Assembly: GCA_035283985.1 (NCBI GenBank)
Contig: DATESQ010000059.1
Location: 1 to 54,057, forward strand
Direction of reading: 5' to 3'
DNA from: Thermoplasmata archaeon
GTDB lineage: Archaea; Thermoplasmatota; Thermoplasmata; RBG-16-68-12
DNA length: 54,057 nucleotides
In this document: positions 8,023 to 17,967 of the stretch, piece after piece
Layout of the letters: every line of letters begins with the position of its first letter
Position numbering within the stretch: the stretch's first letter is position 1
Notes under the pieces: model-generated
What the model was told of the DNA's origin: nothing
Databases searched by the model: none
Seen by the model: the letters and a program-made list of their open reading frames with translations, nothing else
Translations under genes and position numbers: made by a program

Positions 8023-8817
8023 TCACGACCTCCGGAACGGGGAACGCCGGCGGGGCGGCTCCGGTGTGGGGGGCTGCCCGGCCTCCTCGGTGAGCCGGAG
8101 GAACACCTGCTCGAGGGTCGCATCCGCGCCCGCCTGCGCGACACTCCGCAGCTCCGCGAGCGTGCCGAGCGCGACGATTCGGCCGCGGTGCATCACGGCA
8201 AGCCGGTCGCACAGCTTCTCCGCGGTATCGAGCATGTGGGTCGATACGATCACGGACCCGCCGCGGCGCGTGACCTCGTGGACCTCCCCCTTCAGCTCGT
8301 ACTGCCCTGCGGGGTCAACCCCGGCGAGGGGCTCGTCGAGGATCAGGAGCTGCGGGTTGTGGATGACAGACGCCGCGAACGCGGTCTTCTGCCGCATCCC
8401 CTTCGAGTAAGTGACGATGAGGTCCCGTGCGGCGGACTCGAGCCCGAGCCGCCTGACGAGAGCGGTGATCCGGGCCTCGAGGACGTCTCTCGGCATGTCC
8501 CGCAGACGGCCGACGAACGCGAGGAACTCGAGTCCCGTGAGGTAGTCCGGGAGGTTCGTGGTCTCCGGCAGGTATCCGACGGCGGCCTTGTAATCGTACG
8601 GGCTCGCGAGGATGTCATGCCCGCCGACGACAACCCGCCCGTAGTCCGGTTTCAGGAGCCCGACGACGACCTTGAGGGTCGTTGTCTTCCCGGCGCCGTT
8701 CGGACCGATGAGGCCGAACACCTCCCCGGGCTCCACGGAGAGGCTCAGCCCCTCGACCGCGGGCTTCCCGTCGTACCGCTTGTGGAGGCCTTGGATCACG
8801 AGCGCGGACGAAGCCAC
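8023..8817 (-). CDS. ABC transporter ATP-binding protein
   Basis: Walker A GPNGAGKTT, signature YSKGMRQK, Walker B LLILDEP, H-loop STH. Confidence 0.92.
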   Translation of the reverse strand: MASSALVIQGLHKRYDGKPAVEGLSLSVEPGEVFGLIGPNGAGKTTTLKVVVGLLKPDYGRVVVGGHDILASPYDYKAAVGYLPETTNLPDYLTGLEFLAFVGRLRDMPRDVLEARITALVRRLGLESAARDLIVTYSKGMRQKTAFAASVIHNPQLLILDEPLAGVDPAGQYELKGEVHEVTRRGGSVIVSTHMLDTAEKLCDRLAVMHRGRIVALGTLAELRSVAQAGADATLEQVFLRLTEEAGQPPTPEPPRRRSPFRRS

Positions 8818-8860
8818 GGGCGCGCTAGCGGGGCGAATGAGATAAAGATTCCCGGCTCGT

Positions 8861-9169
8861 TCAGCCGAGGGACTTCCGGAGGTCCTGGACCGTGCCGGAC
8901 ATCGTGTCGAGGACGCCCTTCAGGTAGTCGAGGAAGCCCTCGAGCCTCTCCGTCGTCACGGCGCCCTCCGGACTCGGCTTGATGAGGCCCTCCTGCTCGA
9001 GGATCCGCAGGCTGTACCGGACCTTGTGCTGGGGAACGTCCATCATCTCGCTCAGCCGGATGATCCCGATCGGCTCGTTCTCGCTGATCGCCTTAAGCAT
9101 CTGGACATGGCGTCCGAGGAGCTTCACCTCGGCCTCAATCCTGCTCGTCAACGCGGACTTCCGGGACAC
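8861..9169 (-). CDS. Small wHTH transcription regulator heading the ABC operon
   Basis: 102 aa. IGIIRLSEMMDVPQHKVRYSLRILEQEGLI. GTG start preceded by AAGGAGGT. Confidence 0.75.
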   Translation of the reverse strand: MSRKSALTSRIEAEVKLLGRHVQMLKAISENEPIGIIRLSEMMDVPQHKVRYSLRILEQEGLIKPSPEGAVTTERLEGFLDYLKGVLDTMSGTVQDLRKSLG

Positions 9170-9414
9170 GGACCGACCTCCTTACACAGAGTAGCACGGG
9201 ACCATGCTACGACGTGTAGTTAAACCATCCGGTCCAGCGTTCTGGGATGTGCGTTCGTCCACCACTCCATGCGGCGATTGCTCGCTGCGCCAGCCTCGCG
9301 ATCGCCAATGGAGACCGTGCGCTTGAAAGAGGCGGACGCCCACGTCGCACACGCCGTTCCGAACGAGAAGGAGCGATTCCTGGGGGTGTTCGCGCGAACC
9401 CGGATTCGCCGGGT

Positions 9415-9834
9415 TCAGCTCGCATCTCTCGGGAGCCTTGAGATCAGGTCGAGCACATGGCGGCCCACGTCGTTGCGGATCTCCTGGAGCTGCCGGTCCG
9501 TCTTCCCCGTCGCACCGGGAATCGACCAGTCCTCGTTCTTCCGCACCGCGCCCGCGGGACAGCGGTCGATGCAGTGGAACGTGACGACCCGCCACGCGTG
9601 GCGGATCATCTCGGGCGTGACGAGCTGAGGGATCTTTTTCGACACGTCGAGGTCGACCTCCCCCATCAGCGGGACCACCTTCGGATTCAGCACCCCGCGG
9701 GGCTCGACGCCGGCGCTGATCGCCCGCCAGCCCCGAGGCGCGTTCGCGTTGAAGAACGCCTCCGCCATCACGCTCCGGAACGAGTTCTCGATGCACACGA
9801 AGAGGACTGTCGGCACGAGGACGATGGACGCCAT
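9415..9834 (-). CDS. arsC: LMW-PTP / thioredoxin-coupled arsenate reductase family protein
   Basis: CX5R(S) P-loop VLFVCIENSFRS plus a downstream Cys pair HCIDRC. The start is chosen at MASIVLV inside track ORF 9415..9882. Confidence 0.75.
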   Translation of the reverse strand: MASIVLVPTVLFVCIENSFRSVMAEAFFNANAPRGWRAISAGVEPRGVLNPKVVPLMGEVDLDVSKKIPQLVTPEMIRHAWRVVTFHCIDRCPAGAVRKNEDWSIPGATGKTDRQLQEIRNDVGRHVLDLISRLPRDAS

Positions 9835-9952
9835 GGCGGGGAATAAGGACATCGCTTCGGAATCGCCTTGCCGCGAGCCCACCCTGAGTCCGGGTTCGAG
9901 TTACCCATACTTATGGGCAACTCGCCGATCCCGGCGACCTCGGCGCATGGCC

Positions 9953-10294
9953 TCAAGCTCGTGACTTCGCCCGCGGATGGCGTCGGCCAGCGGCCCGCTT
10001 GCTCGCAAAGATCTCGTGAATCTCGAGCGCGTTCGGGCCTGCAAACGCTTCCCGCGGCGGCGGGTCCGCGTGGGCCTCCCCGAACGCCGCGCTCGTCGTC
10101 CACCGCTCGAAGTCTTTCATCGACCGCCAGCGTGTCTGAACGACGTAGACGTCGCCCCTCATGGGGCGCAGGACTTCCGTCCCGAGGAATCCGGGGAGCG
10201 TCGCGATCGACCACTTCCGATTCAACCAGCGCCTCTCGAACGTCTCTTCCCATCCCTTCGCCACCGGAATCCGGTTCGCAACGACGATGACCAT
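9953..10294 (-). CDS. Antibiotic-biosynthesis-monooxygenase (ABM/IsdG-like) domain protein
   Basis: MVIVVANRIPVAKGWEETFERRWLNR...GFLGTEVLRP...YVVQTRWRSMKDFERW is the typical ferredoxin-like ABM pattern. Confidence 0.7.
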   Translation of the reverse strand: MVIVVANRIPVAKGWEETFERRWLNRKWSIATLPGFLGTEVLRPMRGDVYVVQTRWRSMKDFERWTTSAAFGEAHADPPPREAFAGPNALEIHEIFASKRAAGRRHPRAKSRA

Positions 10295-10511
10295 CGTAAC
10301 CCCGGCGCGCCAATGGCGGGCACGCCTTAACGATTCCCGCGGCTCGGGCGATGACGACCAAGCATACCCTCAAATAACGGCGCCAAAATCGCGCGGCCCG
10401 TGAAGGCAATCGAGGCCCATGGCCTCGCGAGGCGGTTCGGCGCCGTGACCCCCCTCCACGGTGGGAAGCTCGGTGGAGACCGGGGGCTCGCCACGTTCGC
10501 GGAGTGATCCA

Positions 10512-11090
10512 ATGGAGGAGGTCCCCGGACCCCACCTGTTCCGGCGGGTGTTCCACCTCGTGTCGCCAGTCTTCCTCGCTTACTACTGGGTTCCGGATCC
10601 GCTTCCGGGCGGGGTGGCGCGGGAGGCTCTGCTGATCCTCTTCGTCGCCACCGCGATGGCAATCGAGGTCGTGCGGATCGCCCTGCGAATCCCGATCTTC
10701 GGGATGCGCGGGTACGAGTCCGAGCGGATATCCGCGTACGCGTGGGGCACGATGGGCCTCCTCCTCGGGTTCCTGCTCTTCCCGATGATCCTCGTGATCC
10801 CCGTGTTCTGCGGGATGGCGTGGATCGACCCGCTCTGCGCGTGGTCGAGGAAGGCGAAGATGTACCCGTGGCTTCCGGCGATTGGATATGCCGCGGTGTT
10901 CGCGGGCCTCCTCTTCGCGCAGCGCGCACTCGCGATCGCTGAAGTCGTCGCCTTCACCGCGATCGCGGTCCCTCTTGCGATCCTCTCGGAGTACCCGGAC
11001 CTCCGGTGGATTGACGACGACTTCCTCATGACAGTCGTGCCGCTCGTGATCCTCACGGCGGCCCTGGGTCCAATCCTCACGCTACTTTAG
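10512..11090 (+). CDS. Multi-pass membrane protein with weak, unverified resemblance to dolichol/phytol kinase-CDS type enzymes
   Basis: Track ORF 10461..11090. ATG at 10512 (MEEVPGPHLF...). About 6 helices. Confidence 0.6.
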   Translation: MEEVPGPHLFRRVFHLVSPVFLAYYWVPDPLPGGVAREALLILFVATAMAIEVVRIALRIPIFGMRGYESERISAYAWGTMGLLLGFLLFPMILVIPVFCGMAWIDPLCAWSRKAKMYPWLPAIGYAAVFAGLLFAQRALAIAEVVAFTAIAVPLAILSEYPDLRWIDDDFLMTVVPLVILTAALGPILTLL

Positions 11091-11375
11091 AATCTCGAGC
11101 TTCCCGTACCGGCCCGCACTGACCTGCAGGTTCCCCCGCCATTCCCGGACCCAGCCATTCGAGATCCGGACACGGTCGTTCACCTTCACCCGATCGATCT
11201 CCTCGTTCCACAGAGTGACCTGCACCTCGTCGCCGTCCGCGTCCTGCGCCTTGCAATCGCACACCTTGCCCGTCGCGCCAGACCGACTCGTAAACTCGCG
11301 GACTTCGCTCTTCGACGCAATCGTGAGCTCGATCGTGTCAACCTTGCTCTCTGGGCGCAGGTCCTTCGACTTCAT
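11082..11375 (-). CDS. Stand-alone OB-fold nucleic-acid-binding protein (RPA/SSB-like)
   Basis: C-terminal 97 aa of track ORF 11082..11813, starting MKSKDLRPESKVDTIELTIASKSEVREFTSRSGATGKVCDCKAQDADGDEVQVTLWNEEI... The upstream part of that ORF is junk. A TATA-like TTTATGG lies about 28 nt upstream. Confidence 0.7.
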   Translation of the reverse strand: MKSKDLRPESKVDTIELTIASKSEVREFTSRSGATGKVCDCKAQDADGDEVQVTLWNEEIDRVKVNDRVRISNGWVREWRGNLQVSAGRYGKLEILK

Positions 11376-11443
11376 GCGCCCGTCAGAACCCGAAAACCGC
11401 CATAAAGGTTTCCGAGCCGGCGAGACCGACGCGCGCGCCCATT

Positions 11444-11461
11444 TTCGCTCATTTGAGCGAA
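11444..11461. promoter_or_regulatory. Perfect 8-2-8 palindrome TTCGCTCA-TT-TGAGCGAA in a divergent intergenic region
   Basis: Read directly. It lies between the OB-fold gene (start 11375, minus) and the coiled-coil gene (start 11560, plus). Confidence 0.4.
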
Positions 11462-11559
11462 CAAATATCGATAGAACCATGGGTTCCACCCGATCGGGCA
11501 GATGCCCGACACGCCATGATTTATATCCGTGCCAGTCGATAGGCCACCGGGATGCGCTC

Positions 11560-11871
11560 ATGCAAAACCTCGAGAACATCTTCGAGAGAATCGACAACGA
11601 CCTCCGGGACCTCAAGGAAGCGGAGAACACGAACACCACAGAGGTCCGGAACATCCTGAATCGCCAAGCGGAGGCGATCGCGTACCTCGTCTCCCGCGTG
11701 AAGGACCTCGAGCACCGCCTGAACGTCGAGGAGACCTGGGACGCCCGCGCCGAGGAGGTCATCCGACTGATGGCCCTCGACGACGCGAAGATCTGGAAGT
11801 TCCGGAAGCACAAGGACGTCTACGAGGAGATTGCGCGGAAGGGGGTCGCGGAGGCGGGCGAGACCCTCTGA
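11560..11871 (+). CDS. Hypothetical coiled-coil protein (103 aa)
   Basis: MQNLENIFERIDNDLRDLKEAENTNTTEVRNILNRQAEAIAYLVSRVKDLEHRLN... TATA-like GATTTATATCC lies about 35 nt upstream. The N-terminal part of track ORF 11215..11871 is shadow sequence. Confidence 0.65.
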   Translation: MQNLENIFERIDNDLRDLKEAENTNTTEVRNILNRQAEAIAYLVSRVKDLEHRLNVEETWDARAEEVIRLMALDDAKIWKFRKHKDVYEEIARKGVAEAGETL

Positions 11872-12037
11872 ACGCGCGGAAATCCCTCGGCGGGCGAGGA
11901 CGGCCGAACTCCGACTCCTGTGGAAACCATCCCGGTTCCGATGAACCCCTCGAAGCGGAACCATCGCAGGCCCGAGTTCCTCTTGGGGACGAAACTAGGT
12001 ATTTATCGCGTCCGCCCCATACGGCGGGAGGTTTAGG

Positions 12038-12535
12038 ATGAACCGCATCAAGGTCGTGAGCGAACCCGCTGAGCTCGTCCCGATCCTTCGAGCCGTCGAC
12101 ACGGTGCTGAAGCGGGACGTGTTCCAGGAGGTCCTCGCGAACTGGCGGACGGCGAAGGAAATCGAGGACAAGTTCGGGAAGGACGGCGTGGCGGCGCTCC
12201 AGTTCTTCGAGAAGATGAAGCTCGTCGAAACGAAGTGGCAGACGTCCGCGGCGATGCAGCCAGAGAAGTCGTACCACGCGTTCTATTCCAGCTTCCACAT
12301 CAACGCCACTGCACCTGTGCACGAGATCTCGGACGTTCTGTTCGTTGCGATGATGGCGGACAAGGACTATGCGAAGATCGAGAAACAGATCCACGACATG
12401 GTCGACGAGGAGGGGAAGTTCGCGGGCGACATCGCGGACACCCTGAAGGTTTCGCAGACGATGTTGAAGGCCCTCGTAAAGCGGTCCACGCGGCTCGACT
12501 TCCGGGGCCATCGGATCCTGCGGTACGAGGAATAG
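12038..12535 (+). CDS. Conserved-looking cytoplasmic protein with a probable wHTH fold, function unknown
   Basis: 165 aa with normal composition. GGAGGT lies 7 nt before the ATG. First gene of a tightly packed four-gene plus-strand run. Confidence 0.7.
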   Translation: MNRIKVVSEPAELVPILRAVDTVLKRDVFQEVLANWRTAKEIEDKFGKDGVAALQFFEKMKLVETKWQTSAAMQPEKSYHAFYSSFHINATAPVHEISDVLFVAMMADKDYAKIEKQIHDMVDEEGKFAGDIADTLKVSQTMLKALVKRSTRLDFRGHRILRYEE

Positions 12536-12538
12536 CGG

Positions 12539-13060
12539 ATGGGCTCTGAGGGCGAATGGGAGGATGGCCCTCCGGACGCAGAACCCGTCCAGGAGGAATC
12601 CGAAGAGGTCTACGAGGAGGAGGTCGAACCCGAGGTCGAGATCGAGGAGATCCAGCCCGAGGAGGCACCGTCTCCACCCGCTCCCTCGGCGCGCGCCGAC
12701 CGCAGCGTATTCGCGACGCTCTCCGGCCTCGGCTTCTTCGTCGTGGTCCTCCTGCTCCTCTTCACGGTGCTCCCCGCGGGCCTCGGGGTCCTCGGGCTGA
12801 CGATCCTCGGGATGGCAATTGGGACCGCGATCCCATACCTCTGGATGGTCGATGACCTCCGCGTACGACCGCGACGCCTCCGGCGGAGCCACGCCCGATT
12901 CCTCGCGGGCCCGCTCATCGGCGTCCTCGCGATCGTCTTCTACGGCCTCTTCGTCCTCGCGAGCTCGAGCTGGATTCTCCTGATCTGGACGATCGGTGTC
13001 GTCGCGATTACGGCAGGCTCGGTCGCTCTGTTCCTCTACTCGATGCTGTGGGGAGAATGA
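12539..13060 (+). CDS. Membrane protein with an acidic N-terminal tail and 4 helices
   Basis: The N-terminus is E/P-rich (EEVYEEEVEPEVEIEEIQPEE), followed by hydrophobic helices. Its stop overlaps the trm56 ATG (ATGA). Confidence 0.7.
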   Translation: MGSEGEWEDGPPDAEPVQEESEEVYEEEVEPEVEIEEIQPEEAPSPPAPSARADRSVFATLSGLGFFVVVLLLLFTVLPAGLGVLGLTILGMAIGTAIPYLWMVDDLRVRPRRLRRSHARFLAGPLIGVLAIVFYGLFVLASSSWILLIWTIGVVAITAGSVALFLYSMLWGE

Positions 13061-13584
13061 TCACCGTCCTCCGGCTAGGGCACCGGCCCGGCCGGGACCC
13101 TCGGGTCACGACGCACGTCACGCTCACGGCCCGCGCGTTCGGCGCGGACAAGGTCCTCGTGTCGACGAAGGACCCGGTCCTTGAGCGGACCGTCCGTGCC
13201 GTCGTCACGAAGTTCGGCGGGTCTTTCGAGGTCGAGACGGGCGTGCAATGGCGGCGCGTGATCGAGACTTGGCGGGGGCCCGTCGTCCACCTCACGATGT
13301 ACGGCGAGGCCCTCGACGCTGTCCTTCCGAAGATCCCGCCCGGCGAGGATCTGCTCCTCGTCGTCGGTGCGACGAAGGTTCCGCGGGACGTCTACGATCT
13401 CGCGACGTTCAACGTGGCGGTCGGGAACCAGCCCCACTCCGAGGTCGCCGCCCTCGCCGTGTTCCTCGATCGGTTCCTCGCCGGAAAGGAACTTACGCGG
13501 ACGTTCGCGGGCCGGATCGGAATCGTGCCGTCGAAGCGAGGCAAAACCGTCGTCGAGTCCGAATCGTCCCACCGGAACCGTTAG
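13057..13584 (+). CDS. trm56: tRNA (cytidine56-2'-O)-methyltransferase aTrm56 (SPOUT)
   Basis: MITVLRLGHRPGRDPRVTTHVTLTARAFGADKVLV matches the conserved aTrm56 N-terminus I know from Pyrococcus. About 175 aa. Confidence 0.85.
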   Translation: MITVLRLGHRPGRDPRVTTHVTLTARAFGADKVLVSTKDPVLERTVRAVVTKFGGSFEVETGVQWRRVIETWRGPVVHLTMYGEALDAVLPKIPPGEDLLLVVGATKVPRDVYDLATFNVAVGNQPHSEVAALAVFLDRFLAGKELTRTFAGRIGIVPSKRGKTVVESESSHRNR

Positions 13585-14600
13585 TGGCGAAGCCTTATCT
13601 GGGCCGCCCAAATCGGCGTGACGTGCGGGCCATCCTTGCGATCGTGCTTGCGATCCTCCTCCTGTTCTCCGGCGGTGTCCGTGCACCCCTCGGACCCGCG
13701 ATGGACGCCCCCGCGTGGTCAATCGGAGATTTCTGGGAGTACTCCTTCAACACCACGTTCGAAGGCACCGTATCGCTTGACGGACGGGCGCGCGCCGACG
13801 TCCTCAGCGTCCGCAACGTGACCGTCGCCGGCGTGTCGCAAGATGTGTACGTGATCGACACGCTCGGCACGGGAATCCTCGAGGGCGTCTTCGCGTCGGA
13901 GTCGGGGACGATCCCCGCACGGGGGGCGTGGAACCTAACGGGGGAGCAGTTCATCACAGTGGCCTCCCGGAAGATCGTGAAGACCCTGATCGACATCCGG
14001 GCCTCAGGCGAGGCGCAGGTCCCCCTCTTCGGGACCGCCGGGTTCACGTTCCAGTGGTGGAACTCGACGACGTACCGCGTTGAGGCGGACGCGTGGACGT
14101 ATCCTGTCCCGCTCGGGAGGTCGGCGACGGTCACCCTCAACAGCTCGTGGACGACCGGGGCGAACTTCACCCTCGCCAGCCTCCTCACGCTGAGGGACAG
14201 CGATACGGGCGCGGCAACATACGACCTCATCCTCGAACTCATCACGACGGCGAGCGTCGCGGTCCCCGCGGGGACGTTCGAGGTCTACGTGATCGCCGAA
14301 ACCGGGTCGGACGGGAGCCGCGAGGAGTTCTACTACGCGCCCGCGGCGGGGAACAACGCGCGGACCGTCTCGTTCAACGGAAACGGCGAGGAGGTCAGCC
14401 GGACGGAGCTCCTCGCGTTCCGATACCAGGCCGCGGGACCGAAGCCGGACCTCGTCCTCCTCGGGGGCCTCGTCGTCGGCGGAATTGGCGTCGCGGCGGT
14501 CCTTGGGATCGTCGGCGTCCGGGCCCTCCGTAGGCGGAAGGCCCGCGAACAGGAGCTCACGCCCCCGAGCTTGCGCGAGCCGCCTACATCAGGTCCCTAA
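13584..14600 (+). CDS. Secreted beta-rich protein with a C-terminal TM anchor, function unknown
   Basis: GTG at 13584 overlaps the trm56 TAG (TAGTG) and is in frame with track ORF 13248..14600. VAKPYLGRPNRRDVRAILAIVLAILLLFSGG... Several N-x-S/T sites. C-terminal helix LVLLGGLVVGGIGVAAVLGIVGV plus RRRK. Confidence 0.7.
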   Translation: MAKPYLGRPNRRDVRAILAIVLAILLLFSGGVRAPLGPAMDAPAWSIGDFWEYSFNTTFEGTVSLDGRARADVLSVRNVTVAGVSQDVYVIDTLGTGILEGVFASESGTIPARGAWNLTGEQFITVASRKIVKTLIDIRASGEAQVPLFGTAGFTFQWWNSTTYRVEADAWTYPVPLGRSATVTLNSSWTTGANFTLASLLTLRDSDTGAATYDLILELITTASVAVPAGTFEVYVIAETGSDGSREEFYYAPAAGNNARTVSFNGNGEEVSRTELLAFRYQAAGPKPDLVLLGGLVVGGIGVAAVLGIVGVRALRRRKAREQELTPPSLREPPTSGP

Positions 14601-15018
14601 GGGAGACCGGGGATTCCTCGAGCTTTACCTTCACGAGGTGGCGGGTCGTCTTCGGCGGGAGCAGGTTCCCGGTCCGGCCACGCTCAAGGACCTCCTCCTT
14701 CGTAACATGGTCCACGGAGGCGTCCGGCCACGTCGTCACGCCGACTTCCTCGGAGAAATAATCGACGACGTACGACGGGACCCGGACGCAGCCGAGGGCG
14801 CGGAGTGCCTCGTGGCGATGGTGCCCGTCGAGGATCACATGGTGGCTTCTCTCGACGAGGATCGGGAGCTTTAGCTTCCCGTCGCGCTTGATCTCTGCAA
14901 TGAGGGCGTTCAGAAGGTCGGGACGCGTCCGCTCGTGCGGCCGAAGCTCGTCGATGTCGAGCAACTCCAGGGACGGGTTCACGAGGGCCCCACCCGCGAT
15001 GCCGGCGCCGACATCCAT
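14584..15018 (-). CDS. ParB/sulfiredoxin-fold (ParB-like nuclease domain) protein
   Basis: LPILVERSHHVILDGHHRHEALRALG is the DGHHR signature of the ParB/Srx N-terminal domain. 144 aa. Confidence 0.65.
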   Translation of the reverse strand: MDVGAGIAGGALVNPSLELLDIDELRPHERTRPDLLNALIAEIKRDGKLKLPILVERSHHVILDGHHRHEALRALGCVRVPSYVVDYFSEEVGVTTWPDASVDHVTKEEVLERGRTGNLLPPKTTRHLVKVKLEESPVSLRDLM

Positions 15019-15054
15019 CGCGAGAAACGGACCCCTTTGGATAAACGTGTCGTC

Positions 15055-15282
15055 CTATTTTGCGGAAACCGCGGGAGGTGCCGCGACGGGGGCCGGGGCG
15101 GGGCCTTTCTTCAGGCTCACCCGCTTCGGGAAGTAACGGAGGATCACGATGTCGCCGACGCTCTGGATCCAACGGTACGGAACCGACACCGCGCGGCCGC
15201 TCTCCACGAGCAGGGGGTTCGTCTCTCCGACGAATATCCCGTCGACCTCGCCCTTCTCCACGTCCACGACCAGGTTGTTCAC
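15055..15282 (-). CDS. PRC-barrel domain protein, with its 5' end apparently displaced by a 1-nt frameshift
   Basis: Track ORF starts at GTG 15282, but PRC-barrel sequence TLEEISEVIGLQVYTNHGVFLGN continues in frame upstream to 15342 with no start codon. An ATG at 15362 is out of frame by one base. Paralog at 48221..48499. Confidence 0.65.
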   Translation of the reverse strand: MNNLVVDVEKGEVDGIFVGETNPLLVESGRAVSVPYRWIQSVGDIVILRYFPKRVSLKKGPAPAPVAAPPAVSAK

Positions 15283-15464
15283 GTTCCCCAGGAAGACGCC
15301 GTGGTTTGTGTAGACCTGGAGGCCGATGACCTCAGAAATCTCCTCGAGCGTTCACTCACCATCCCTTGGCCCGCCGTATTTGACATCGGTGATATGAAAG
15401 CTTCGGTGGCGAACGTCCAGAACTTCTTGACGACAAAATTGCACTGATCGTTGGTGATGAGGCC

Positions 15465-17146
<1,682 letters not shown>

Positions 17147-17238
17147 TCACGAAGGTCTGGGTATTAAACGGAATTGTCAAAGCTATCGGAACTGGAAACA
17201 TCCGCCCACAATGCCGCGCGCGCCCGCGTGCGAGGGAG

Positions 17239-17273
17239 AATAAAAGAGGACAGGTCGAGGGTTACTCGACCTG
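17239..17273 (-). terminator. Hairpin plus T-tract downstream of the ArsR gene
   Basis: On the minus strand, CAGGTCGAG-TAACC-CTCGACCTG (9-bp perfect stem, 17251-17273) is followed by TCCTCTTTTATTCTC. It begins 23 nt after the ArsR stop. Confidence 0.35.
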
Positions 17274-17295
17274 CCTGTGGGTTGTGGAGGAGGGG

Positions 17296-17658
17296 TTATT
17301 GGGATAGTGTTGGCGACTCCTCGACCTCGATGGCCTTCCAATCGCCGCCGAAGTCCCGTGTAACGCCCGTCGACAGCTGGAACCGGACGCGCAACCTTCC
17401 GTTCTCGAAGAAGATGTATGCGTTCTTCAGCTGGGACATGTACAACGAAATGCGCTTGCCCTTCTGTGTGAGCGCCCGCTCCGTGCAACGGACCAGGCCT
17501 GCCTTCTCGAGGGAGTGGATTCGACGGTAACAGGCGGCGATCGGAATCCCGTACTCGCGGCTCAAGTCGATTGCGGACCGCGGCCGCTTGAATGTCGCGA
17601 CAAGGATCTTCGCCGAGTACTCATCCGTGACGAGTCTCGAAGCCTCAAGGGGATCCAT
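17296..17658 (-). CDS. ArsR-family wHTH regulator
   Basis: YSAKILVATFKRPRSAIDLSREYGIPIAACYRRIHSLEKAGLV. The upstream region holds TATA CTCATATA abutting the palindrome AGGGTC-CGG-GACCCT (17683-17697) and a GAGGAGG SD. Confidence 0.8.
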   Translation of the reverse strand: MDPLEASRLVTDEYSAKILVATFKRPRSAIDLSREYGIPIAACYRRIHSLEKAGLVRCTERALTQKGKRISLYMSQLKNAYIFFENGRLRVRFQLSTGVTRDFGGDWKAIEVEESPTLSQ

Positions 17659-17682
17659 CAGTCGCCTCCTCTTGAAGCATCG

Positions 17683-17697
17683 AGGGTCCGGGACCCT
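17683..17697. promoter_or_regulatory. 6-3-6 palindrome AGGGTCCGGGACCCT abutting the TATA box of the ArsR gene (candidate autoregulatory operator)
   Basis: Read directly. The TATA-like tatatgag (plus strand, 17697-17704) is immediately adjacent. Confidence 0.35.
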
Positions 17698-17755
17698 ATA
17701 TGAGTGTCGTCCCGTGATTACTTCCGCTGATTCTCAAGTGGGATAGCACGTTCCC

Positions 17756-17932
17756 CTATCCGCCGCAACACCCGCCGCCATCCATCTCGCCGCAATCGCA
17801 TCCAGACCCGCAGGCGCCTTCGTGCTCGTGCTCTTTCTTCACAATTGGGAGGATCATGAATTCGGGAACGGACGCGGCCGCATCCTTCTTTTTCGCGAGC
17901 CGCTCGATCAAGGTCTCCATTGCGATGCGCAT
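17756..17932 (-). CDS. Untracked 58-codon ORF, small protein with a Cys/Gly-rich C-terminal tail
   Basis: MRIAMETLIERLAKKKDAAASVPEFMILPIVKKEHEHEGACGSGCDCGEMDGGGCCGG, then TAG. It falls below the 60-aa track cutoff. GC3 is about 74%. It lies 35 nt downstream of thioredoxin on the same strand. AGATATAC lies just upstream, and a second ATG at 17920 fits leaderless spacing. Confidence 0.45.
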   Translation of the reverse strand: MRIAMETLIERLAKKKDAAASVPEFMILPIVKKEHEHEGACGSGCDCGEMDGGGCCGG

Positions 17933-17967
17933 CCCAGGGGCGGTATATCTAGGTGACGGCCTGAGTG

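Noticed and set aside
9396-9416. A perfect 8-bp hairpin GAACCCGG-ATTCG-CCGGGTTC overlapping the arsC stop codon.
   Set aside because: No oligo-T tract follows on the transcribed strand, so I did not call it an archaeal terminator. It may be fortuitous or an RNA-stability element.
15454-15460. GTGATGA (C-box-like) with a nearby CTGA in the gap between the PRC-barrel gene and pyrI. I considered a C/D box sRNA.
   Set aside because: The CTGA lies upstream rather than about 50-60 nt downstream of the C box. There is no C'/D' pair and no terminal stem, and the motif abuts the pyrI 3' end.
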